A stretch of 64,000 nucleotides of DNA from Minisyncoccota bacterium (GCA_035627655.1 DASPLI010000001.1:195355-259354); one strand, 5' to 3'. Numbered from the stretch's first letter, positions 54,487 through 63,862 are shown. Numbers and translations: made by a program. Notes: generated by a model not told the origin, from the letters alone.

Positions 54487-54541
54487 AGGATACCATGTTT
54501 TGCTCTGTATTTCAGCGCCGTTGTGCCGTAGCATACAGGTA

Positions 54542-55756
54542 ATGCTCCAGCACTTCCTTTCCATAGCCGGTGCCCTCCTTGTTACCTTTATCGCTACGGT
54601 CTCAAACCATGCAGGAGATTTCCGCACCCCACCTAATCTCTCGGACATGGACGCCGTTGAGGAGGTGGTTCTAGCTCAGCCAACAGTCCCTACTCCCTTT
54701 GAACAAGTAATAGAGGATATCGTCAAAAACGCTTCCAGTACGCCGGCTGTTCCCGGTACCACTACCCCACCCCTTTCTCCGGCAAAGCCCGCTGGCCCTA
54801 TTACGCCTACGACCCCCACCCCGCTGCCGCCGCTCACGCTCCCAGTTACCCCACCGCCACCGCCAACAACGCCGGTTGTTCCGCAGGTGGACGCCACCCT
54901 CTCGGACGAGGCGCTGCTGCGGGCAGCGATCGTCAATATCATCTGTTTCAGCACCGACGGTACCTCCGGCGTCTCAGGCTCTGGCGTAATCGTAGACCCG
55001 CGCGGCATTGTCGTTACGGTATCCCATATCGCCCAGCACTTCCTGCTCCGTGATTACCCATCGGAAGATGCAGGTGTCTGCTATATCCGCACGGGAAGTC
55101 CGGCCAAGAATGCCTATACGGCAGAACCGATCTTTATTTCCCCGACCTGGATTGAGGAAAACAGCACCGCCTTCCTCACGAGTCGCCCACGGGGCACAGG
55201 CGAGCACGACTTCGCCTTCCTTGCGATTACCGGTTCTCTCACCAAGACTCCGCTTCCAGCTCGCTTTGACCATATTCCGCTTGCGCCAGCCAATACCGAG
55301 GTAGAGGAAGGTGAACGGGTCGGCACTGGCTCATACGCAGCTGAATTCCTTACCAGCTCCCAAGTACGCTCTTCCCTCTACCCCACGATCAAGTTTGCAG
55401 ACGTCAAAGACGTGCTTACCTTCGATCACCAGACCCCAGGCCTTATCTCTGTTGCTGCCGGATCAGCAGCGCAGGAGGGCTCTTCTGGTGGTGCCGTTAT
55501 GAATAGCGACGACCGTCTGGTCGGTGTCATCACCACAAGGACCGTAAAGCCAGATCTGTCCTTGAGGACGCTCCAGGCGCTCACGATGGACCACATCCGT
55601 TCAAGCTTCCGAGCAGATATGGGCGAGAATCTTGATGCTTACCTCAAGAGCGATCTCTCAACGCTCATCGTAAAGTTCCGCGGCAAGGCAGTCGGGCTCT
55701 TCGATATCCTCATGGAGGCAGTGGAAGAGTGCGAGGAAGACCGTGCGGGTTGTTAG
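54542..55756 (+). CDS. secreted trypsin-like (S1 family) serine protease
   Basis: TM/signal (IAGALLVTFIATV), Pro/Thr-rich linker, His region GIVVTVSHIAQH, catalytic Ser GSSGGAV. Start trimmed to the ATG at 54542 so as not to overlap the tRNA. Confidence 0.6.
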   Translation: MLQHFLSIAGALLVTFIATVSNHAGDFRTPPNLSDMDAVEEVVLAQPTVPTPFEQVIEDIVKNASSTPAVPGTTTPPLSPAKPAGPITPTTPTPLPPLTLPVTPPPPPTTPVVPQVDATLSDEALLRAAIVNIICFSTDGTSGVSGSGVIVDPRGIVVTVSHIAQHFLLRDYPSEDAGVCYIRTGSPAKNAYTAEPIFISPTWIEENSTAFLTSRPRGTGEHDFAFLAITGSLTKTPLPARFDHIPLAPANTEVEEGERVGTGSYAAEFLTSSQVRSSLYPTIKFADVKDVLTFDHQTPGLISVAAGSAAQEGSSGGAVMNSDDRLVGVITTRTVKPDLSLRTLQALTMDHIRSSFRADMGENLDAYLKSDLSTLIVKFRGKAVGLFDILMEAVEECEEDRAGC

Positions 55757-55827
55757 TCGGGCCGCTGGGAATCGAACCCAGTCTGTCTGCTCCCAAAGCA
55801 GATGTACTACCGGTATACTACGGCCCG
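55757..55827 (-). tRNA. tRNA-Pro (anticodon UGG), CCA not encoded
   Basis: Acceptor CGGGCCG/CGGCCCG, anticodon stem UCUGC/GCAGA with loop UUUGGGA, T-arm CUGGG-UUCGAUU-CCCAG. Followed by CTA rather than CCA. Confidence 0.7.
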
Positions 55828-55990
55828 TCTCGGGCATCCTAGCACGACTTTGAGAAAAACCGTTAGTTTCCAGGCTCTTTTCCCTGTCTGACCGCGGTCA
55901 CAAGGACTGTCCTTTGTCCTTTATCCCCAGTATGCACAGGGTTTTACACAGGTAAGAGAAAACGGCCTATACAGGCCGTTTTCTCTCTTT

Positions 55991-56064
55991 TGGTGCGGTC
56001 AGGGAGAATCGAACTCCCGACTAGTCCTTGGCAAGGACTCGTTTTACCACTAAACCATGACCGC
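55991..56064 (-). tRNA. tRNA-Gly (anticodon GCC), CCA encoded
   Basis: Acceptor GCGGUCA/UGACCGC, D-stem GUUU/AAAC, anticodon stem AGUCC/GGACU with loop UUGCCAA, T-arm GGGAG-UUCGAUU-CUCCC, ACCA. Confidence 0.8.
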
Positions 56065-56071
56065 GTGCGAC

Positions 56072-56755
56072 TCACGAGATATTCTCATAATATTGCCCAT
56101 TCATCAATTCCTTGGGGAGTAAATTGAGCCATTCCCCGAGCTTTTGGCGCAAATATCCGCTTGAAACGATGACTGTGCACACCCCGCCAGCAAATCGTTT
56201 CACCTTGGGAACCTTCTGCACGATAACGGTCGTTTGAAACTGGGAAAGTGGGATTCCAGAAGCGAAGGACCAGAAGCGCCGTATCGATGGATCATCCGCA
56301 TCTGGATAGGATAGAAGCGCCACTTTGACCTGGTTCTGGGGCACGTTGCAGACCCGGGTAAGAAAGGTGATGAAGATCTTTATTGTTTCCGGGTTTGCTC
56401 CCGAAAACCGAACCTGGTTCCTGGCCGCCTTCGTTCCGGCACTCCAATATAGTGTCATCCCGGCAATAAATAGCGGATGGTACTTGAGCGTCTCGAACTC
56501 TGTTCGCGCCTCCACCCGCGCCTGCTCGTATGCTTCCCGAAGCCGCCGGCCGCGAACCTTGGCAAGTCCGGCAACCCGGACCCTGCTCTTCTCCCTGGCA
56601 GCAGCCTGGAGTTTTTCCCGCAAATCGGCAGACCAGGCTTCGCCGGAGAACCAGGCGGAGAGGGTCGCCCGCGGTATACCAAGCTCTTTCTCAATCTCCT
56701 TATAGCTTTTTCCAGACTTTCTGAGTTCCTCAGCCTTATTGCGATCAGTACGCAT
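56072..56755 (-). CDS. hypothetical HTH-domain protein embedded in tRNA cluster
   Basis: N-terminal HTH (KSGKSYKEIEKELGIPRATLSAWF). 227 aa, no further recognisable motifs. Confidence 0.4.
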   Translation of the reverse strand: MRTDRNKAEELRKSGKSYKEIEKELGIPRATLSAWFSGEAWSADLREKLQAAAREKSRVRVAGLAKVRGRRLREAYEQARVEARTEFETLKYHPLFIAGMTLYWSAGTKAARNQVRFSGANPETIKIFITFLTRVCNVPQNQVKVALLSYPDADDPSIRRFWSFASGIPLSQFQTTVIVQKVPKVKRFAGGVCTVIVSSGYLRQKLGEWLNLLPKELMNGQYYENIS

Positions 56756-56818
56756 ACTTACAGCATATAGTACACAGGTTCAGTTCCCTGTCATATAGGT
56801 GAATAGCCTCACTCGTTG

Positions 56819-56890
56819 TGCTCCCGCCAGGACTCGAACCTGGAACAACAGTTCCGAAGACTGTTGTGATATCCATTTCACCACAGGAGC
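56819..56890 (-). tRNA. tRNA-Arg (anticodon UCG), CCA not encoded
   Basis: Acceptor GCUCCUG/CGGGAGC, D-stem GUGA/UCAC, anticodon stem ACAGU/ACUGU with loop CUUCGGA, T-arm CCAGG-UUCGAGU-CCUGG. Confidence 0.7.
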
Positions 56891-56947
56891 GTTATAGAAA
56901 TACTACGCGAGAGCTAGGAGAATAGCCACCGAGGTACTAGTATTTTT

Positions 56948-58414
56948 GTGATGCGCTTCCCTGTTCCGTCTGCAGTTTCGGATATCGCCGAAGGCCTCCG
57001 GAAGGCTGGATTCGAGGCCTACCTCGTTGGCGGCTGCGTACGGGATCTCCTCCTCAACCGAAAGCCGAAAGACTGGGATATCACCACCAATGCCAAGCCT
57101 GAGGATATCCAGCGGATCTTCCCGGACTCTTTCTATGAAAACGACTTCGGCACGGTCGGGGTCAAGACAGGTTCTGCAGACCCTTCCCTCGCGATCATTG
57201 AAGTAACGCCATATCGCACCGAATCGGAGTATTCGGATAAGCGTCGGCCGGATTCGGTTCAGTTTGGGGATAGTCTTGAAGAGGATCTTGCCCGTCGTGA
57301 CTTTACGATAAACGCTATAGCCTACGATGAGTCTAAAGGACATATCGTAGACCCTTATAAAGGACAAAAGGACATTGAGAATAGGGTCTTACGGACAGTA
57401 CGAGACCCAGAAGACCGCTTTGAGGAGGATGGACTGCGTCTTATGCGGGCGGTACGGCTTGTTGCGGAGCTGGAATTTGCCCTTGATGCCGATACTGCAG
57501 CGGGAATACAGAAAAAAGCCAAGAATCTAAGCCATATTTCGAAGGAACGTATACGGGATGAATTCGTACGAATTCTTGCGTCAAAGCAGCCAATGCTTGG
57601 CCTTGTGCTTGCCCAGCAGCTCGGACTTCTCGAGCTTATTGCTCCGGATTTGGTTCGCGGTATTGGTGTAGAACAGAATCAGGCCCATAGTTACGACGTA
57701 TTCGGCCATTTGATGCGTTCCCTGCAGCACGCGGCTGATAAAGACTGGAATATGGATATACGGCTTGCTGCCGTGTTCCATGACGTCTCAAAGCCGGAGA
57801 CCCGTCGCTGGTCTAAGGAGAAACGGGACTGGACCTTCCATGGACACGAGGTAGTAGGGGCCAGGGTTACAGAAAAGGCACTCCATGACCTACGGTTTCC
57901 ACGTGAAACCATCGAGAAAGTCGTGAAATTGGTCCGTTGGCACATGTTCTTCTCTGATCCGGATCAAATTACCCTCTCGGCAGTTCGCCGGATTATCCGG
58001 AACGTGGGCCCCGATCATATATGGGACCTCCTCAACCTCCGCATCTGCGACCGTATCGGCACCGGTCGCCCGAAGGAGCAGCCCTTCCGTTTCCGTAAGT
58101 ACAAGGCCATGGTGGAGGAGGCGCTCCGCGACCCGATCTCTGTCGGGATGCTCAAGATAGACGGCAACATCATCATGACTCGGTTCCATGTGAAACCAGG
58201 CCCGGCCATAGGACATATCCTCAATGCACTCCTCGAAGAGGTGCTGGAAGATCCGAAGCGCAATACAGAAGACTACCTGTACCAAAGGACGGCCCAGTTG
58301 CTAGATCTCTCGGAAGAGGAGCTCAAAAAACTGGGGGAGTCTGGCAGGGAGAAGCGTGAAAAGGCAGAGGAAGCAGAACTTCAGAAGATTCTCGATAAAC
58401 ATCACGTTTGCTAA
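56948..58414 (+). CDS. cca: CCA-adding tRNA nucleotidyltransferase (PolyA_pol head plus HD domain)
   Basis: GGCVRDLLLNRKPKDWDITT nucleotidyltransferase motif, RDFTINA, HD domain (HSYDVFGHL…FHDVSKP). Confidence 0.8.
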   Translation: MMRFPVPSAVSDIAEGLRKAGFEAYLVGGCVRDLLLNRKPKDWDITTNAKPEDIQRIFPDSFYENDFGTVGVKTGSADPSLAIIEVTPYRTESEYSDKRRPDSVQFGDSLEEDLARRDFTINAIAYDESKGHIVDPYKGQKDIENRVLRTVRDPEDRFEEDGLRLMRAVRLVAELEFALDADTAAGIQKKAKNLSHISKERIRDEFVRILASKQPMLGLVLAQQLGLLELIAPDLVRGIGVEQNQAHSYDVFGHLMRSLQHAADKDWNMDIRLAAVFHDVSKPETRRWSKEKRDWTFHGHEVVGARVTEKALHDLRFPRETIEKVVKLVRWHMFFSDPDQITLSAVRRIIRNVGPDHIWDLLNLRICDRIGTGRPKEQPFRFRKYKAMVEEALRDPISVGMLKIDGNIIMTRFHVKPGPAIGHILNALLEEVLEDPKRNTEDYLYQRTAQLLDLSEEELKKLGESGREKREKAEEAELQKILDKHHVC

Positions 58415-58801
58415 GGGTTCCATGTGAAACCCCGAATAAAGCAAAAGCCACCCGGTATGTGGCCTGCTCTGGTACCTGAATTAGGAGGCGGGCAAAATGA
58501 TGGTGGTACCAGATAGGGATTAGGCCCTAAGGGGGTGGCTTTGCAATAAGTGGCTTTTCACGTGGAACGACTTCCCAATGGTAGGTGAGGGGATACGCCC
58601 CGAATCGTTGGAGGGTCTTCCGGTGTGAAAGCGCTGATAGAAAGAACGCGCAAAGAACAGTCCGCAATCCAAGGCGGACTCTTCGCTTACGCGTCCGCCC
58701 GCCCTGGCCTGTAATGTATTCTATGTCCTATAGGACATTCGTAAAGGACATTTGTGTGGATAAATGTCCTTTATCTTCTAGACGGAATAAAGGGGTGAAG
58801 A

Positions 58802-59596
58802 TCAGCCGAGCGTAATGGAAACGGGGCAGTGGTCTGAGCCGAAGACCTCAGGATGTATTTCTGCTTTCTTTACTTTGGACGCAAGTTTCTTTGAGACGAA
58901 AACGTAGTCAATTCTCCATCCTACATTACGCTCTCGAGCGTGATTGAAGTGGCTCCACCAGGAGTAATGGCCGTTGCCCTTGGTAAAGAGGCGGAAGGTA
59001 TCCATAAATCCTGCATCAACAAGGCGCTGAATTCCTTCGCGTTCCTCGTCGGTAAAGCCTTTCACGCCTCGGTTTTCCTTTGGGCGCGCAAGATCGTCTT
59101 CTGTGTGGGCAACATTGAGGTCGCCGCAAAAGATAACCGGCTTTTCCTCCTCGAGACGCTTCATGTACTCAAGAAACGCCGGATCCCATTGGTTATGGCG
59201 GAGGGAGAGGCGAGAGAGGTCGTCTTTTGCGTTCGGGGTGTAGACGGATACGACGAAAAAGGTGTGCATGTCTGCGGCGATAATGCGCCCTTCTTTATTG
59301 GGGTCTCCGTAGCCGTCAGTATGGAGGCCATACTTCTCAGCGATATCGTCGGGAAGTCCAAAGCGGACATCCGACGGAGTTTCTTTCGTGAAAATAGCAA
59401 CGCCGCTGTAGCCCTTCTTCTCTGCGGAGCACCAGTACTCCTCGTACTCGGGCAGGTCGATTTCTGCCTGGCCCTCCATAGCCTTGGTTTCCTGGAGGCA
59501 GAGAATATCGGGTTTGTATTTCTTTACGAAGGGAACAAAGACCCCTTTTTTATGGACGGCCCGTAACCCGTTGACGTTCCAGGAGATGATGCGCAT
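58802..59596 (-). CDS. xth: exodeoxyribonuclease III
   Basis: MRIISWNVNGLRA…CLQETK…SDHCPV, the EEP-family AP endonuclease signature. Confidence 0.85.
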   Translation of the reverse strand: MRIISWNVNGLRAVHKKGVFVPFVKKYKPDILCLQETKAMEGQAEIDLPEYEEYWCSAEKKGYSGVAIFTKETPSDVRFGLPDDIAEKYGLHTDGYGDPNKEGRIIAADMHTFFVVSVYTPNAKDDLSRLSLRHNQWDPAFLEYMKRLEEEKPVIFCGDLNVAHTEDDLARPKENRGVKGFTDEEREGIQRLVDAGFMDTFRLFTKGNGHYSWWSHFNHARERNVGWRIDYVFVSKKLASKVKKAEIHPEVFGSDHCPVSITLG

Positions 59597-59640
59597 GCAG
59601 GAATTCTAGCAGGCGCATGAATGGGTAATGGAGAACATAG

Positions 59641-60003
59641 TTGTTCGTCCGTGCGAGAGGGGGTAGGGTAGGGACCAGAAAGGGAACTCTCGTGACACAA
59701 ACACCAGACGATCAGCGTTTTTCTGAACTCTTTGGCTTCTCTCTGATTCGACCTTCGCCAGAGATCATTGCACGGGCAAATGAGGTGAATTCCCTCTTTG
59801 ATGCCCTTGCAGACGAAGTCGAAATACAGAGTCTTGCGGTCTTCCGCAAGGCAGGGAAGGAGGAGGAACACCGGTTCTTTCTCTCCAATGTCGCCAATTG
59901 CCCTTCCGAAGTTCTTGAAACTGCCCGAAAAATCCTCGCTCCGGATTCGGCGGAGCGATGCGAAAAACAAAAGCGAGATCAAGAGAAGGACCGCCGGCAC
60001 TAG
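59641..60003 (+). CDS. hypothetical protein (weak)
   Basis: 120-aa ORF without RBS. Coding status uncertain. Confidence 0.25.
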   Translation: MFVRARGGRVGTRKGTLVTQTPDDQRFSELFGFSLIRPSPEIIARANEVNSLFDALADEVEIQSLAVFRKAGKEEEHRFFLSNVANCPSEVLETARKILAPDSAERCEKQKRDQEKDRRH

Positions 60004-60012
60004 CCGGCGGCC

Positions 60013-60918
60013 TTATTTTCCTCGGCTATGAAACTTCCGATGCACTTCTCGCAGATGTGCATCCGTCACATGCGTGTAAATTTGCGTCGTGTTGATGGAT
60101 GCATGACCAAGAAGTGCCTGCACGCTTCTAATATCAGCGCCGTTTGAGAGAAGATCGGTTGCAAAGGAGTGGCGAAGTACATGCGGCGTGACTTTCTTGG
60201 TAATTCCCGCTTTCGCCGCATACTTTTTCATAATGTTCTGCACCGAGCGGGGCGTGAGACGGGCTGCGTTCTTGCGGGACATCTTTTCGTCCGCCACCAC
60301 GTTTACAAACAGTGCCTCCTCCATGTCTTTGCGCTCCTTCAGGTACGTGCGCACCGCTTCCTTTGCGGAAGGGGAGAGGAAGACGACGCGCACCTTGTCT
60401 CCCTTACCGCGCACTGACAATTCGTCTCGCGAGAGGTCGATATCCGAGTTGAGGGAGCAGAGTTCCGAAACACGAAGACCAGTTGAGAAGAGAAGTTCGA
60501 GAATTGCACGGTCACGCAGTGCCCGTTGACTGGTGCCTTTTGTTGCGTCGAGAAGACGCTCGAGCTCAGTTGAAGAAATAAGGTCGAGGGAGCGTTCAGG
60601 GAGCTTCGCAAGTTCGATGCGCTCCGGGGAAACGCACGGAATCTCGCGCTTGCGGAGAAACTTGAGAAACGCACGAAGCGCGATGAGGTAATAATTCTGT
60701 GTTCGGCGCTTCATGGCGCCTGAGGTGCCTGGCTGGCGGTTCAGCCAGAGGCGGAATTCGCGAATTTTGTCTTCCGTGATATCGCTCACATTCTTGATCT
60801 GTCCCCAAGCAAAGAATCGATCAAGATAGTGGTCGTAGTTTTCAACTGTCTTTACCGCGCGACCGCGCTCAATCTCGATGTATTCAAGAAATTGGCGTTT
60901 CATTGCGGCAGCATCCAT
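60013..60918 (-). CDS. xerC: tyrosine recombinase XerC/XerD family
   Basis: N-terminal core-binding domain. C-terminal R…HVLRHSFATDLLSNGADIRSVQALLGHASINTTQIYTHV with catalytic Y. Confidence 0.8.
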   Translation of the reverse strand: MDAAAMKRQFLEYIEIERGRAVKTVENYDHYLDRFFAWGQIKNVSDITEDKIREFRLWLNRQPGTSGAMKRRTQNYYLIALRAFLKFLRKREIPCVSPERIELAKLPERSLDLISSTELERLLDATKGTSQRALRDRAILELLFSTGLRVSELCSLNSDIDLSRDELSVRGKGDKVRVVFLSPSAKEAVRTYLKERKDMEEALFVNVVADEKMSRKNAARLTPRSVQNIMKKYAAKAGITKKVTPHVLRHSFATDLLSNGADIRSVQALLGHASINTTQIYTHVTDAHLREVHRKFHSRGK

Positions 60919-60949
60919 AAAAAAAGTATACCGTACGACTTCGCACAAT

Positions 60950-60996
60950 ATTTTGTCGGGAAAAACAAAAAGGCCGCGCACGTGAGCGCGGCCTTT
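60950..60996 (-). terminator. rho-independent terminator (serves the 61018-62841 gene)
   Basis: On the minus strand AAAGGCCGCGCtcacgtGCGCGGCCTTT is followed by ttgtttttcc. Confidence 0.65.
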
Positions 60997-61017
60997 CCAG
61001 TTAGCGCAATGAAGCGA

Positions 61018-62841
61018 CTACTGTTGCTGCTGGCGTACCAGATCCAGGTCGAGGTTATCGAATGCCAGGATCGGCGCGGACAGCGCTTGGCCCGATTGGG
61101 CCGTGAACACGACGCGGTTGCCCGCTTCCGTCCACTTCAGTTCCGGAGAAAGTGCCGAGGCGGCGAAGAATTCACGACCGGCCTGCCCGTCGATGAGCAG
61201 GAAGATCGTGTCGCCGTTGCTATCGCGCACAGTGAGTGCACGACGCACGACGCCTTCGATCCGTTCGTTTTGGACCGTTGCGTCCGCGCCAAGTCGCGCT
61301 CCACGTTGCGTGAGAGCGGACTGGTAGGCGCGGTGCGCTTGGTCCAGAGACGAGCCGACGCCGACGATTTGGTAGTCCTGCACGTTCACGAACGCGTACA
61401 TCTTCACCAGCCCGTCCGTGCCTTTGAGCGGCACGAAGTAGGTGGGGATGCCATCCACGTTGTAGAGGATGGGAGTAGAAGCGACATAGCCGCTGTTCTC
61501 CACGCCTTGTGTCGAGAGGGTGCCAAGTGCCGTCGATGCCGCAGACGCCTGGTCGGCGCCCGGGATCATGTAGCGCCGGACGAGGCGCGTCCTCGTATCA
61601 ACGAGGGCGAAGCCGTTCATGCCTTGGCTCGAGCCTGCAGCTTGCAGGCTGACGAACCAGTACGAGCGGCCGTCTTCTCCATGAACCATCGTGGTGTAGT
61701 CGCCGGGACGGATGATGTTCCGCCGAGCGCCCCACGTGTTCCAGTAGCCTTCGACCCATTTCCCCCAGTGGAAGAGGAGGTCATGGACCATAGTTGCCGG
61801 TTGGATCTGGTCGACCCAGGCCGGCGCTTCCGTGGGCGCATAGCGCTCGATCTCGCCGGTTTGAGCGTCGATCACGAGCACGTCACTTGGAACGTCGCCA
61901 GAGAACCCGATGGTCCGCTGGAACGTCGACACAACCCAGTAGGGTCGGCCGCGGTCGTCGATCTCGAATTTGTAGTCAGCGAGACCTTCCGACAGGTAGC
62001 CGTGTTCGCGCAGATACCGCGGGAGATAGTCCCCGAGGTGCCCGCCGTCGTTGAGGAGTCGGATCGCAAAGTCAGTGCTTTCCGTCTGATCGATCGTCCA
62101 CAAGCCGGTCACGAGGAATACCCGCGACTGGTCTTCAGCCGACACGATGACGTATCCGGGCGTGGAGTGGTAGCTCCAATACCGGAAGATGCTGTCGTGG
62201 GTGAGCGGACCCACCCAGACCAGTTCGTTGTCGAAGCAGATGCGATTCTGCTCGCCGCTATGCTGCGCGATGTTCAGACAGCCGTTGAGGAGCTGAATGT
62301 CCATCGCACCGAGGTGCGTGCGGGAGCCGAGACTCGGCACCTGTTCGACGACGCGGTTGCCAAGCCGATAGGCGAGGTCCGCATCCACTTGGCGCATGTG
62401 CCGGATATCAACCGGCGAAACGTCTTCTGTGAACGTACTGGTCACGGGGTCGTTGCCGAGCAGGGCTCGGTAGCGGCCGCTGTTGAACAGCGGGTCGCTT
62501 GCAAAGAAACCGACCACGATGAGCATGAAGAGACTGAAGCCGACGGCGCCGATCGGGACGATCGCGCCAAAGGATGGCTTTGCTTCGTCGTCGCTGTAGC
62601 TGTAGCTGTCGTGCATGAGCCAAAGCGCAAAGGCACAGTAAATGCCAAACGCCAGGAGCATGAGCCAGTTCGTGTGGAAGTTCCACGCAAACGTCGGCAG
62701 AGCGATCCAGCCCCAGAAGCCGAAGAGGACGAACGCAAGGATGGTGTAGGACACGGTCCGCACCAAACCTCGGCCCGAGAGGCTGAGCGAAAGTGCGGTG
62801 AGCACAGCCGCGATGCCTCCGTAGACCAGGAAAAACGTCAT
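61018..62841 (-). CDS. hypothetical membrane protein with large extracytoplasmic domain
   Basis: Four N-terminal TM helices, then about 450 aa of soluble W/Y-rich domain. Noticeably GC-rich. Confidence 0.5.
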   Translation of the reverse strand: MTFFLVYGGIAAVLTALSLSLSGRGLVRTVSYTILAFVLFGFWGWIALPTFAWNFHTNWLMLLAFGIYCAFALWLMHDSYSYSDDEAKPSFGAIVPIGAVGFSLFMLIVVGFFASDPLFNSGRYRALLGNDPVTSTFTEDVSPVDIRHMRQVDADLAYRLGNRVVEQVPSLGSRTHLGAMDIQLLNGCLNIAQHSGEQNRICFDNELVWVGPLTHDSIFRYWSYHSTPGYVIVSAEDQSRVFLVTGLWTIDQTESTDFAIRLLNDGGHLGDYLPRYLREHGYLSEGLADYKFEIDDRGRPYWVVSTFQRTIGFSGDVPSDVLVIDAQTGEIERYAPTEAPAWVDQIQPATMVHDLLFHWGKWVEGYWNTWGARRNIIRPGDYTTMVHGEDGRSYWFVSLQAAGSSQGMNGFALVDTRTRLVRRYMIPGADQASAASTALGTLSTQGVENSGYVASTPILYNVDGIPTYFVPLKGTDGLVKMYAFVNVQDYQIVGVGSSLDQAHRAYQSALTQRGARLGADATVQNERIEGVVRRALTVRDSNGDTIFLLIDGQAGREFFAASALSPELKWTEAGNRVVFTAQSGQALSAPILAFDNLDLDLVRQQQQ

Positions 62842-62984
62842 TCCTGTTGCCTTTCTCTGTTGTAGGGAACAATTCCCGTCTATAATTATAGTCTAAATTA
62901 CACCTTTTGTCAATTTATAGCCTGGAGGATCCGCATACCACACAACGCTTGCGCTTTTTAGCAAGGTGTGGTACTATCCACGCC

Positions 62985-63251
62985 ATGCTTACCAAGCGCG
63001 TAAAGACGGCCGTTATCAAAGACACGGCTCGCCATGACACAGACACTGGCTCTCCGGAGGTCCAGGTTGCTGTGCTTACACGCCGCATTTCTGAACTGAC
63101 GAAGCACCTTAAGAAGAACGCGAAGGATAACCACTCCCGCCGCGGCCTTCTTCAGATGGTTGCCGATCGTCGTGCTCACCTGCGGTACCTCGAGAAGAAC
63201 GACAAGCGCCGCTACAACGCGCTTGTAAAGAAGCTCGGACTTAAGAAGTAA
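62985..63251 (+). CDS. rpsO: 30S ribosomal protein S15
   Basis: [69 protein letters not shown]. Confidence 0.9.
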   Translation: MLTKRVKTAVIKDTARHDTDTGSPEVQVAVLTRRISELTKHLKKNAKDNHSRRGLLQMVADRRAHLRYLEKNDKRRYNALVKKLGLKK

Positions 63252-63256
63252 GGAAA

Positions 63257-63285
63257 ACGCCGGGGATACCCGGCCTTTCCGTTTC
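63257..63285 (+). terminator. rho-independent terminator after rpsO
   Basis: GCCGGGgatacCCGGCctttccgtttc. Confidence 0.55.
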
Positions 63286-63346
63286 TGGCGGTGGTAAGCT
63301 AGCAGTGTGCGCATTTAATAAGCTTTTTCATACTTTTTTCTAACGT

Positions 63347-63862
63347 ATGCCAGTTATCAAACATTCGGCGCAACGAGTCGGCGTCTTTATCGATACCCAG
63401 AACCTCTACCATAGCGCTAAACACCTGTATAAGAGCCGTGTAAACTTCGCCAACGTGCTTGCAGAGGCAGTGGGCGGCCGTACCCTGGTGCGCGCCATCG
63501 CCTACGTGATCTCAACAGAGAGCGGTGACGAGACCAACTTCTTCGAAGCCCTCACGAAGATCGGCATTGAAACGAAGGTCAAAGACCTACAGATCTTCTC
63601 CGATGGAGCAAAGAAAGCCGACTGGGACGTCGGGCTTGCCATTGATGCGGTAAAGCTCGCGCCAAAACTCGACACCGTTATTCTTGCGACCGGCGACGGC
63701 GACTTCGTGCCGCTCATCGAATACCTTGATATGAACGAGGGCTGCCAGGTGGAAGTTATTTCATTCGGAAAGTCTTCTTCTGCAAAACTCAAGGAAGCGG
63801 CGCATGCCTTCACTGACATGTGCGAAGATCCGAAGCGTTTCTTGATCGGCGGCCGCGGATAA
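63347..63862 (+). CDS. NYN/LabA-like (PIN-like) domain protein
   Basis: GVFIDTQNLYHSAK…AIAY…DVGLAIDA…ILATGDGDF, the NYN-domain acidic residues. Confidence 0.65.
   Translation: MPVIKHSAQRVGVFIDTQNLYHSAKHLYKSRVNFANVLAEAVGGRTLVRAIAYVISTESGDETNFFEALTKIGIETKVKDLQIFSDGAKKADWDVGLAIDAVKLAPKLDTVILATGDGDFVPLIEYLDMNEGCQVEVISFGKSSSAKLKEAAHAFTDMCEDPKRFLIGGRG

Noticed and set aside
54440-54541. 5' extension of the serine-protease ORF to 54440
   Set aside because: It would overlap the tRNA-Gly(UCC) gene on the opposite strand. An in-frame ATG at 54542 precedes the signal/TM sequence, so the gene was trimmed.
58415-58801. tmRNA, RNase P RNA, SRP RNA or 6S RNA in the long cca-xth spacer
   Set aside because: I looked for the hallmark motifs: the tmRNA tag ORF and its T-arm-ACCA end, RNase P GGAAAGUCCGG, and SRP GGAAGCAGCC. 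I found none, so I report only an unclassified structured region.
60829-62865. 678-aa + strand ORF
   Set aside because: Arg/Ala/Val-rich translation with no motifs. It lies exactly antisense to the better-supported minus-strand membrane-protein gene at 61018-62841, which is flanked by a terminator, so it is a high-GC antisense artefact.
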